Below are positions 38,801 to 49,000 of a stretch of DNA of 64,000 nucleotides, piece after piece; the stretch's first letter is position 1, and every line of letters starts with the position of its first letter. Both the position numbers and the translations under genes were made by a program. The notes under the pieces were generated by a model. That model had not been told where the DNA came from. It searched no databases and was given only the letters and a program-made list of their open reading frames with translations. Origin of the DNA: Balneola sp. (lineage in GTDB: Bacteria; Bacteroidota; Rhodothermia; Balneolales; Balneolaceae); contig OZ244140.1 of NCBI GenBank assembly GCA_965216175.1, forward strand, positions 1,167,126 to 1,231,125. Reading direction: 5' to 3'.

Positions 38801-40081
38801 GAATGCTTCACTGTTGACACAACTCCTGTTGATATAAACTCCTACAGCCTGGAGTTGATTCCTCACGACTTAGCTATTGTTAACCCTACTTTAAGACCTT
38901 ACGTAGAAAGAAAACTAGAAACGTTAACCGTATTGCCGAAGCATATTCACTTTAACAACAACAGTACTTACATCAATCAATCTGCGGCACAAATGCTTGA
39001 TAAAGTGGCTAAATTCCTAATGGAAAGAGAGGAAGATTACTTCATAAAAGTAACAGGACATACAGATAGTAAGAGCTCACCTGCTTATAACCTGAAATTA
39101 TCAGAACGTAGAGCAAAAGCTGTAAGGGCGTATTTGGTAGCTGCCGGTGTGGATGCATACAGACTTCAATTCGAAGGATTGAGCTATACTCGAAATGCAG
39201 CTCCTGAAAAAGATCGTATTGATATGGCTAGAAACAGACGTGTTGAGCTGGAATTAAGTGTGGATAATCGAAATATCAGGTTTATTTCACAAATTGAAGA
39301 TCTTCAGGTTAATCCTAGCATAAGAGGTATTGCTAGTTGGGATTATGTATTTAATGCTGAGCATAACGGCGTTCCTTCACACTTGAATATGAAAGGTATT
39401 TCCTTGAATGATGTTCACGATTATTTAGTAAGAAGAGTAGCATTTGCATTGGCTTTCTACCCTCAAATGGATATTGTAATTACAGCACCTAATTCCGATC
39501 TAGCCGGAAATGTTGTAGCAATCCTCAATAGTGAGGGAATAGATACAGAGCGAATTTCAACGGAAATTGATGAAAGTAGTAAGAAAGTAGTATTTGGCTA
39601 TTCAAATAATAATGAGCTGGTAAATGTATATGAGCAAAACGATGATGTGAAGCTTGTAAATAACAGAGTTGCTCTTTCAATGATGGATAACTTGCTTAAC
39701 ATTTTACGTGAGCGTGAAGATTTGATCCTTCTAAGAGACTTCTCACAAAGTTATTCAGTTCCAAACTCCATTAAATTTTCGGGCAATACAACCAATTTGA
39801 GTAACGAAACGCAAGCCATCTTATCAAGAGTAGGTTCATATCTAAAGAATACAAGAGCTGTAACTCTTAAACTTTCGAGTGATGGAAGCCAAAGAGCTGA
39901 CTTGAGATTGAAGGCTATAAAAGCTTACTTAACAGATTGGGGTTTAAATAGTAATAGAATAGAAATTAGCTCATCAGCTAATTCAAACAAAGATCAGATT
40001 ATTTTGGATTATATGAATGCAGATTCTATCAACCTGCTGGAACTAGACTTGATCAATGACGGCAAAGGTGGGGGTAAATAA
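32870..40081 (+). CDS. 2403-aa protein: DUF11 and SdrD-B-like Ig domains, predicted outer-membrane beta-barrel, C-terminal OmpA-like domains
   Basis: Signal peptide (VRA|Q); two DUF11; VIGKVFQDCNENDIQD SdrD-B motif; long amphipathic strand region; GHTDS...NLKLSERRAKAV...RNRRVEL OmpA motif. Confidence 0.85.
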   Translation: MRLTPHSPFKKLYIHVLNINTLISFLILLLVAGMGEVRAQNAPPSGTTIVNQATTSFSVSGETERTEILSNAVNVIVENDLDFSLEISNSLKQFKGQSVEFDHYLVNSGNTISTFDINVYNWEGGEYALENLEWQNGSKSKTFTSDTLSQVVTLNPGERFDFTYSGAINRAEEDSITSILNIEATSREFGFTLQKRDSVYILTGSRIELNKTQSGADDLKPGDNFTYSIEGENTGDADALPRTVIIDGVTTEKVIMLDSIPNNLNFVRFVESDKGIRLFGYEGNDKLEFTSEVPTDPALVSVIAIGFDKLASGETFNTTFEVKVNPGANGTIENTAEAFYTNPDGDEESAAASNDVAAEISGGAEIDYFTDDSFGKKTGTSSIGKNLFLQATASACNQFRTVVEQVEITLVSAETGDTEIFLATETGPNTSIYRIDGGVPTRNAVDFEIVKGNSILETVEDDLIEAILDCKGLPATGSGGGNRIRTNIVVDPYGIVFDSETNQPISNAIVSIFDTNTGSLAQVFLADGTTPAPSEYTTGTDGRFNFPYLELGTYKVEVETPEGYTFTSQVPLGLLPTGRKIDTLASYGNEWTISNVPIGSNFDIPLDPQARGVLFTDKTVDRAVAEIGDYVNYTITIKSEAINTVRNLFIDDLLPFGFEYQLGSTKLDGVQLPDPEGGKGPSLKFDVGDIETGTTKKLTYRVFVGPGSEKGKGINVAIAKSDEVVVKSSNQAKVKVEVRGGLFNDNAYVIGKVFQDCNENDIQDSGEVGVPGVRLYMENGTFVVTDSEGKYTFYAVKPNKHVLKVDNYSLPEGSKLSVLDNRHANDPSSRFVDVKKGQLHRADFAICECTPNVNDEIDARRELLSQSSEDGLTGSLKRSFSLDESNSSSGKGRFEDASGTIGGAKESSNKITSSPDGKVDPKAVNELQNDNIISQTQKLEDALLGAEDGLGFLNIANNDTLRTNDFTIWTKGRLGAKFLLTVNGELIDDSKVGQSSVSPTNNLQGWEYVSIDFKAGVNTLVLEEIDPFGNVRGREEINVLAPGEATKLKVTAPIDYAPADGVSSVLISVEILDENGIRVGDSAPIMLDTEFGKWKVKDNNSSEPGTQTLLENGFGEFELISTNEPKSSLVRAHLGIIKGETKVEFLPDLRPLIAAGIIEGTLRFNEAINISSSKEADGFERELKQLSYNFNRFTGDARLAFFIKGKVSGKTLLTAGFDSEKDKEERLFRDIRPDEFYPVYGESSIKGFDAQSSSRLYVRVDRGKTYALYGDFITQERNQDVQLGTYSRAQTGLKANFEQGKVKAQAFGINAFSSRRVREFQGQGISRYDLPDQDIVDNSEIIEIITYDREQPEIILSVEKLTRFRDYVIDPFSGVITFKTPVSSVDSEFNPVFIRTTYEVTNNQDRYLIGGVKAETDISEGIKVGASAVQDNNPENQFRLLSGNVSADLTKNTKVVGEFANTNTDNDGNGNAVRVELNHKGSKLDVFAQAGKSGENFRNEGSTLGQGRTEARARTRYKLNNSTSIKNELIYTRNDTTSDRTFGGLISANRTFANNVNAEVGFRYSENYKSAQDTTSYNTNIRGKIKADLPFLSGASAFGEIEQDLNEADKRLIAVGADYRLRKIAKVYARHEFISSAGGINTLSGSQQKNNTVVGIDASYMKNGQVYSEYRLNDSFDGRSGQAAIGLRNQFRISEGLGLNFGFERVFTLEGQAINDGTAITSAVDYTGSDNWKATARAEARFTSKTNTYLNSLGYGLKLNSDWTLLTKNIISVNTIDGASGLNKLQERLQVGAAYRGTATNKFDALFRYEFKHEIDKNVDADFFRTAHVLSSHGNYHPTRDLTLSGRLAAKYSLESDSQLRTSTFLELLSGRVLYDIDEKWDVGVNASILANSDFTTKDYGFGIEAGFLIATNLRLAAGYNFFGYDDEDLTANNYTQQGTYLGFSYKFDERLFDNLIPDRIKKTPIVDASNYLTCEEECFTVDTTPVDINSYSLELIPHDLAIVNPTLRPYVERKLETLTVLPKHIHFNNNSTYINQSAAQMLDKVAKFLMEREEDYFIKVTGHTDSKSSPAYNLKLSERRAKAVRAYLVAAGVDAYRLQFEGLSYTRNAAPEKDRIDMARNRRVELELSVDNRNIRFISQIEDLQVNPSIRGIASWDYVFNAEHNGVPSHLNMKGISLNDVHDYLVRRVAFALAFYPQMDIVITAPNSDLAGNVVAILNSEGIDTERISTEIDESSKKVVFGYSNNNELVNVYEQNDDVKLVNNRVALSMMDNLLNILREREDLILLRDFSQSYSVPNSIKFSGNTTNLSNETQAILSRVGSYLKNTRAVTLKLSSDGSQRADLRLKAIKAYLTDWGLNSNRIEISSSANSNKDQIILDYMNADSINLLELDLINDGKGGGK

Positions 40082-43000
40082 TTGAGTATTAGAAATTATA
40101 TAACACAGTTTTTCGCAGCTTTGCTGGTAATTTTTATAGTTACAGCATCAGGGTACGCTCAACCAACGGGTTACGGTTATTACAAGCAAATTACTTTAAA
40201 TACAGCTCAGATAACGGGTACGCACTCAAACTTTCCAATTCTAATTAGTATTACGGACAGTGACCTTGTAGGTAAAACTCAGGGTGATGGTGATGACATT
40301 ATCTTTGCTTCTGATACAAATGGATCAACGATCTATGATCATCAAATGGAAAGTTATAATTCATCTACAGGGACGTATCGTGCGTGGGTAAGAATACCGA
40401 CATTATCTGACGCAAATAACACGCTGGTAATGTTTTATGGAAATTCATCTGCTACAAATACATCTTCAACAAATACCTGGGATAATAATTACCAATTGGT
40501 AATGCACATGAATGATGTAAATGATCAATCAGGTAATGGTAATAATGGTACTAATAACGGAACAGTCTCAATAGCGGGTAAGATTGGCAATGCGAGGGAT
40601 TTCGAAAGAGGAGACAGCGATTTTATAACTGTGGCTGATGATAATACATTAGATATCACTGGAAGTATTACTATATCGTTTTGGTTCAGACAGGAAAGTG
40701 CACAGGCCCCGGATTATATTACAAAAGGTCAAAATGAGTCGTATGAAGCAACTTCCAGAGGAGGGATAAGAACAAGGTTTGCAAAAAATGGAGGGAACAA
40801 TTTAACAACTCCAAACACCGATGACCTTGTAAACGGTGCGTGGGTTTATTTGACATTTGTACAAAGTAATTCAGGTAGAAATATTTACCAAGATGCAATT
40901 TCCGTCGCTAATGATAACAATACCGATGCGTTTAATACCAACAATAACGATTTGCAAATTTCAAGAAGCGGGGATGCTGTAGATGGGATTATGGATGAGA
41001 TCAGAATCTCAAATGTCGCCAGATCTGCAAATTGGATATCAACAGAGTATAATAATCAAAATACTCCGGGTACTTTCCACACTTTTGGAGCAGAAATGGA
41101 AGCTGTACCACCAACGGCACCACAGAATGTAGCTGCATTAGCTCTGCCTGGTGGTAATATTCGAATTACATTCGATGATGTTGACGAAACTGGAAGCGGA
41201 GTTGCCTCATATTCAGTAGAAAGATCAACTGTTTCAGGTAGTGGTTATACTCAGGTTGGTACTGTAACTGATGATGAGAGTGTTGATTATACATTTACTG
41301 ATAACACAGCAAATGACGGTACTACTTACTATTACATTGTTACTGCAATTGACGCCAATGGAAATGAAAGCGTTAATTCGAGTGAAGTTTCCGCAACCTC
41401 AGATGGAACTGCCCCAAGCTTACAAACAGCTTCTGTTAATGGAAATTCTCTTGCCCTTAATTATGATGAAGTTCTGGATAATGGTTCAGTACCTGCGTTT
41501 GGTGATTATACTATAACAGTAAATAGTTCATCTGTTTCTATTTCTAATATTACAGTTAGTAATGACTCTGTATTGATTACTTTGAATAATGCCGTTATCG
41601 CAGGAGATAATATTGTACTTAATTATAACTCCGGATCAAATCCTGTTCAGGATAATACCGGAAATAATGCCTCAAATCTGAGCAATCAAAATATTACGAA
41701 TAATACCCCTGATATTACTGCACCTGGTATTCCTCAAAATATAGAAGCAATTGCGGTAGCAGGCGGAAGTATTGAAGTTACATTTGATGATTTAGACGAA
41801 ATTGGAAGTGGTGTTTCTAGTTATTCCGTAAAACGTTCCACTGTTCAGGGGGGCTCTTATGTTCAGGTTGGAACAGTAAATGATAATGAAAGTGCTGTTT
41901 ATACTTATCAGGATAATTCAACCACAAATGACATTATATATTACTATGTAGTATCAGCCATTGATGCATCAAGTAACGAAGGAGCTAATTCTTCAGAAGT
42001 ATTTGCAACTGCTGATTCGGATCTTCCACAAATTCAAACAGTCACCGTAAATGGAGAACTGTTAAGATTAGACTATAACGAAACACTAGATAATACTTCA
42101 ATACCTGCAACAACAGATTTTACAGTTTCAGTAAATAGTTCAACTCGTTCGGTTACAAATGTTTCTATAAGTACCAGTCTTGTTACCCTAACGCTAAATC
42201 CTGAAGTAGAGGAAGGCGATGTAGTTGTTGTAAGCTATACACCGGGATCTAATCGCATTCAAGATCCGGCAGGAAATGAGGCGGCTTCTTTATCAAATCA
42301 ATCGGTTACAAATAACACAACGGCATTTAATGTAACACCGCCTTCGGTTATTATTGCTACTGCTATTGCTGATGCTGACATTCAAATTGAGTTTTCTGAT
42401 GTAGGAGAATCAGGTGAGGTTAGTTCTTATTCGGTGAAGAGATCAACCACTGAAAACGGAACTTACTCAGAAATAGGAACTCTATCAGATAATGAAAGCA
42501 GTAATTATACATTTACAGATAACACTTCTGTTGATGGAACTCTCTATTACTATGTAGTAACAGCTATTGATGATAACTCGAATGAAAGTACTCAATCTTC
42601 AAAAGTATCTGCAACTGCAGACGGAACTGATCCAAGCGTAGAATCGATACTATCGGGCGAAGCTTCAGTATTACTTGATTATGATGAATTGCTTGATATT
42701 AATTCAGTTCCTTCAACTTCAGATTTCGTAGTTAGCGTTAATGGTAGTTCCGTTTCTATATCATCAGTAACAGTCAGTAATGTGCGGGTAGTTGTTGAGC
42801 TGGTTAATTCAATCCAATCAGGTGATAATGTAACACTTAGTTATACCTCAGGATCTAATCCAATCAAAGATATAGCTGGAAATAATGCCGCTAATTTCTC
42901 AAATCAGAGTACAGTGAATTATGCCAAAACAAATATTGCTTTTGGTCCGGATCCATGCCCGATTGTAAACGGAAATGATGCTAGCTGGGCTTGTTTTGAT

Positions 43001-46000
43001 GGTGTTAATAACGGAACATCAATGACAGCAAGAGTTGGAGATCTTGATTTAGCAACGGTAACAGCAGCTTCAGGAAGCCAAACAATTTTTGCGCCAAATG
43101 CACTTCAGGAATGGTCAAGTGGTACTTTTTCAGGTGATGAGTTCAATGGTCCACAAATAAACCCTACTGGAAATGCTAATAATGCAACATCATTTGATAT
43201 TAACATCCCAAGTACTGTACCATCTGATGCGATAATTTTAAGTTTAAATAAATTGCGTCCTGAGTCAGGAGGAACTTCATATACCCTGGAAGCATTTGAC
43301 GGTACGAATACCAAAGTACCGGTAAATGGCTGGATAACGGGGCAGGGAGGTGATGGTGGAATTTGTTCAAATTCTATAAACCTGAATTATACAAACTCCA
43401 ATACAACCATTGAATTTCAACCAACGGTTTCCGGAAATCAGGCTTGTGCATCTTCATCTAATCCGATTTGGTTCCGTATTAACAATACAGGAATAGAAAG
43501 AATCGAAATAAGAAAAACTTCAACAAACCCGGATAATATTCATTTGGGGCTGGCATTGGTAGCTGATTATGGAGATGCACCGAATTCATACCGAACCAAC
43601 TACAATTCAAGAGGTACCGCTCCGGCTTTTCATCTTTTAAGCAATACCGGAGTAAATAATGTGTATTTAGGTGCCGGAGTAGATGGCGATGGAAATGGAG
43701 CTTCTGGCACAAACGCAAATGGCGATGACAGCGAAAGTACAGGTATTGGTTCAGGAGATGATGAAGATGGAAGTTCTGCATTACCAACCCTCAGAACTAA
43801 TGATCAAACTTACAGTATTGATTTGGTATGTACCGATGGTGGAAAAGTTGGTGGATGGATAGATATCAACCAGAATGGCGTTTTTGATTCTAACGAGTAT
43901 GCCTTTAACGAATGTTCGGGAGGAGTTGCAACCTTAAACTGGGGAGGTTTATCAGGGTTGATAACAGGTAGTACTTTTGCCAGATTCAGAATAGCATCTA
44001 ATGCGTCCGAAATAGCAAATCCTTTTGGTGTAGCATTTGATGGGGAAGTAGAAGATTACACTATTACAATTGATGAACCTGCGACTCCGGATTTAGGGAT
44101 CGTTAAAACGGTTGATAATTCAAATCCGATTGAAGGCGAAGAAATTGAATTTACTGTTTCGGTAACAAATCCGGGAGAATTTACAGCTACCGGTATTCAG
44201 GTTACAGATCAGTTACCACCAGGAATAACATATGTAAGTCATTCGGTTTCTCAGGGTACATACAACAATTCTACTGGTGTTTGGAACATCGGAACTCTGG
44301 CTGAGGGAGACACAACAACAGTTTCATTAACACTTACAGCTACAGTTAATAATGGAACAGTTGGCAGTACAATTACCAATTCAGCTAGTATAACAGGCTT
44401 AAATGAGAATGATCCTGATTTAAGTAATAATTCTGAATCTGCCGGGATAACAGTAGTAAATCAAAGTACAGATATAGGAATTACAAAAATTGCAGATAAG
44501 TCTCAGGCAATTGAGGGTGAGAATATTACCTACACGATCGTTGCTACAAATAATGGTCCGAGAAATGCCACTAATGTTAAGCTTATAGATCAAATTCCAT
44601 CCGGTTTATCATTTGAATCATCAAACCCGAGTGTAGGTAGTTATATAAGTTCAACAGGAATCTGGGATGTTGGAAGTTTAAATAATTCCGCTCAGGCATC
44701 ATTAGTATTAGTTCTTTCTGTTGATGTAGGCTCTGAAAACAGCACAATTACAAATACAGCCAGTTTAAATAGTATTGATCAAACAGACACAAATACAGGA
44801 AATAACACGGCATCGGCGGATGTGGATATTGTGGCGGCCGGATTCCCTGCTACTTGTTCAGAAGTGACAAGTCTGAATTTTGATAATGCTACGTTGATAA
44901 GTGGTTCTGCAGGGCAGGTTGGAGCTATTTATCGATTTCTTGGCGTAACGAGCGGAGTAAATGCAGAAATTGAGATAGTTACTAATTTGAATGCAAATCT
45001 GGTAAACTTTGATCAATCAACCTCAGGTACGTCGCAAAACTTTCAGCCTCAAATTGAAGCTGTAGATAAAAATGCTGCTGAGGCATACATTGATTTTGAG
45101 GTAAGATTTCTTGATTCATTAAGTGGAAATCCTAGATTTTTAACTTTTACAGCAACTGCCGTTGATGTTGATGGGGATAACAATGATACTCGTGAGTTTG
45201 TTGGATTTCAACGATTAACCTCTTTCACAGTAGAAGATGCAACAAGCTTAGTTGTAGGAAGCTCAGGTATATACACAACATTTGAGTCTGCTACATCTCA
45301 GGTGGTAAACGGCATTGATCCTACTGATACAGATAATATTGCGTACACAACTTATACTAATGAGCCTCAGTTCAGAATCAGAGGCGGTATAAAAGATCCT
45401 ACAAACACGACGGGTGGAGCTGCTCAGCGACTTTTTTCAATAAATTTTGAACCTTGCTTAATAAATAACTTTTCAGACCCTTCTTCTGAAAACATTGTAG
45501 AAGTTGGAGTTACAAAAACAGTGGATAATAATAATCCTTCTGTTGGTGAAAACATTACTTATACAGTAACTGCAACGAACAATCAGGGTAATTCAGTAGG
45601 AAATGTCAAAATTACAGATCAATTACCATCAGGATTAACTCCTGTTTCTGCGACTCCAAGTACTGGAACATACTCAGGAAATATATGGGATATTGGAACT
45701 TTAAATGGCTTACAGTCTGCTAATCTGGTTATTACAGCAACTGTAAATAGTGGCACGGAAGGAAATACAATTACCAATACAGCTACAATAACTGACTTTA
45801 CAGGCACTGATGGTAATACAAACAACAATACATCGTCAATTAATATATTTGTAAATGACCCGGGGAGCACTGTTTGTAGCGAACCACCATTGTTTAACTT
45901 TAACAATTTTAACCTCGAGCAAGGGGTAACCGGGCAAGTAAATTCGATATATCGTTTCTCCGCAATTTCACCGGGTTTAGACGCTCTTGTGAAAGTTAAA

Positions 46001-49000
46001 GCCATTAGTAATGCAACCATAGATCAAATTGATGACAATGGTTTGGGTAATAGTGCCGCAAACTTTAGTCCGCTTTTTACTGCGACACAAAGCGGGGGCT
46101 ATATAGATTGGGAAATCAGATTTGTACAAGCCGGTACAAATAACCCTGTAAAACGAAATTTCTCAATGACAGCCTTAGATATTGATGGATCTGATCAGGG
46201 AGGAGGACAAACTATTCGTGACTTTTTAGGATTCTCTCAGAATCAGTCAAATACTGTCCAGTCCGGGAATAATCTTACTGAAACAACATCAGGAGCATTT
46301 CAATTTTTCACTTCTAATGTTTCAACAGATGGGTCAGGATCATTTGATATTGACCATATGGCGTACATTTTATACCGATATACTTCCGTTTTAGAATTCA
46401 GAATGGGATCAAATACAACTGGAGGATATACAGATGACAGATTGGTCGATATTGATTTTACCCAGTGTAGAAATCAGGACTTTACAAATCCGGTTACCAC
46501 GACCAGAAATGCAGATATTTCGGTTGTTAAAACGGTAGATAATCCAAATCCGTTGGCAAATGAAAATGTAAATTTCACAATTACAGTAGCAAATAACGGT
46601 CCTGAAAATGCAACTGAGGTTGATGTTAATGAAACTTTACCTTCTGGATTGACTCTGGTACAGGCAACGCCAAGTAAAGGTACTTATAACCAGATTTCTA
46701 AAATTTGGGCAATTGGAAGTTTAGCAAACAATACTTCGGCTACACTTTTAATTGAAGCGTCAGTGAATAGTGGAGTAACAGCTGATTCTTTAGTAAATAA
46801 GGCATTTTTGTTAGGGTTAAATCAATTTGATAATAATGCTACAAATGACACATCTACCGCAGTGGTTAAAATTAGTGATCAAATTGATGGTGTTGTTTTC
46901 AGAGACAGAACAGGAAATGGAATAACAGACGGAGATAATAATTTCGGAGACGCTTCAGGCGATCAAACTGCACTTGCTGATGTAGTAGTACATCTCTTTA
47001 AAGATGGAGGTGATGGAAACCCAAATGGAACGGATGATACTTATTTGCGAGCAGATACTACAGATATTTCCGGATTTTATTCTTTTCAGATTGGCGAAGA
47101 TGCAGATTACTGGGTAGTTGTAAATTCTAAAACAGGTAGCTTGTCAAATGGAAGTACCTGGGGTGAACAAGTGTACGCTCCAAAGGGAGGAATTTGTTCT
47201 GATGGAAATGGAACTAGTACTACCAAAACTAGTGCAGGGAACTGCTTTGGCGGTAGAAGAGGTAATCAGTCTGATAATCTACCAACAGGTTCAGCGCCGC
47301 TAGCTACAGATCTTGCTAATGCGGAACATGTAGCAAAAATCACTTTAAATTCCGCGGCTATTACCGATATTGATTTCGGATTTAGTTTTAACGTGGTAAC
47401 TGATACCAGAGATGGCGATGACGATGGTTCTTCAAATAGAAGTATTCAGGGTTCATTAAGACAGTTTATTTCTAATGCCAATGCAATTTCCGGAGCAAAT
47501 ACGATGAGATTTGTACCATCTATTGCAACCAATGAAATCGGTAGTGGTGGCAATTGGTGGAAAATTACTTTGAATTCTGAACTTCCTGCGATAACAGATC
47601 CATTAACTACTCTCGATGGACGCTCTTTCAATTTGAATTCGCCACTTGCTGTATTAAATCCTAATTCAGGGACGATAGGTACAGGTAGTACTGTTGGTAT
47701 TGATGGAATTTCACTAACTGCTTTTGAAAGAAAGGAACTGGAAGTTGACCTAAATGATGTTGGTAATGATGCACTTTCCATAAACAGTACAGGAGCAGTT
47801 GTAATAAGACATTTTGCCCTGTTCAATAACAGCAGAACTATAGTTCTTACTAATATTTCTGGTGGAACGGTTGAAAACAACATGATTGGTTCAAGAGCTG
47901 ATGGTACAGACCCAACCGGCGTAAATCAATCAAATCTTGGTATTTTGATCACTGGATCAAGTTCTCAAACTCCGTTGATTCAAAGAAATTACATTGCTTA
48001 CACAAAAGACAGTGGCCTTCGGTCAGATAATGCAAATGCTACTATTCAATTCACTAAAAATGAAGTGTATCGGGCGGGTAACTTAGAAAATAATGCAGAT
48101 GGATTAGAAGGTATTGGTACGTGGTTTATCACTCAAAACCTGTTTCACGAAAACGGAAAGTCAAATGGAAGTGACATTTATGGAGGAAGTGGTATAGAGC
48201 TAGGCAATAGTGCCGGAACTGTAACTTCAGGAAATACCATTAGAAATAACACAATAAGAGATCATCGCACAACAGGGATTAATGTACTGAATCAAGTTTC
48301 AAGTACATTAATTGAGAAAAATATTATTACCGGAAATGGGACTGATTATCTTTCGGCACCGTTTAAAGGAGCCGGGGTACGTTTAAGCTTTCCTGATGCT
48401 CAACCTCAGCAAGGTGTGTTTATTACTAAAAACAGCTTCTCAAACAACAAAGGTTTGGCAATCGATATAGTAACTTCAGGAAATGGAGAAGCTGACGGAG
48501 TTTCGCCAAATGATGGGGTAATAGAAACTTCATCTACGGAGCCAAATCGAGGATTAGACTATCCCGTATTTACTTTAGCAACTATTGATGGAACTCAATT
48601 AACTGTTGAGGGTTATATCGGTAAGAATGCAACCAGAATTACAGGTTCATATTCAATTGAGATTTACAAAGCAGCTAACGATAATAACCAAGATGGTTTA
48701 ATAGAAGAAGGTGGTTCTCTGATTCGTCCTCATGGTGAAGGGCAGACTTTAATCGGAACTATTACTACAAATGCTAATGGTACGTTTAGCGAAACATTTA
48801 CTGTTTCATCTACAAGCATTGTTGTTAATGATAGAATAACTGCTCTCACATTCGATTCAGAGAACAATACGTCAGAATTCTCCTCAAATCAGCGAGTTGT
48901 AAATACGGGTGTTACTATAAATGGATATGTATATGAAGATGTTAATCACAATGCTTTGCGGGAAGGCAATGAAAATGGTATTGAGAGCGTAACAATCGTT

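Noticed and set aside
41100-46500. Internal repeats as a CRISPR array or nucleotide tandem repeat
   Set aside because: The repeats are diverged protein-domain duplications within one ORF; no constant repeat-spacer pattern was seen anywhere in the window.
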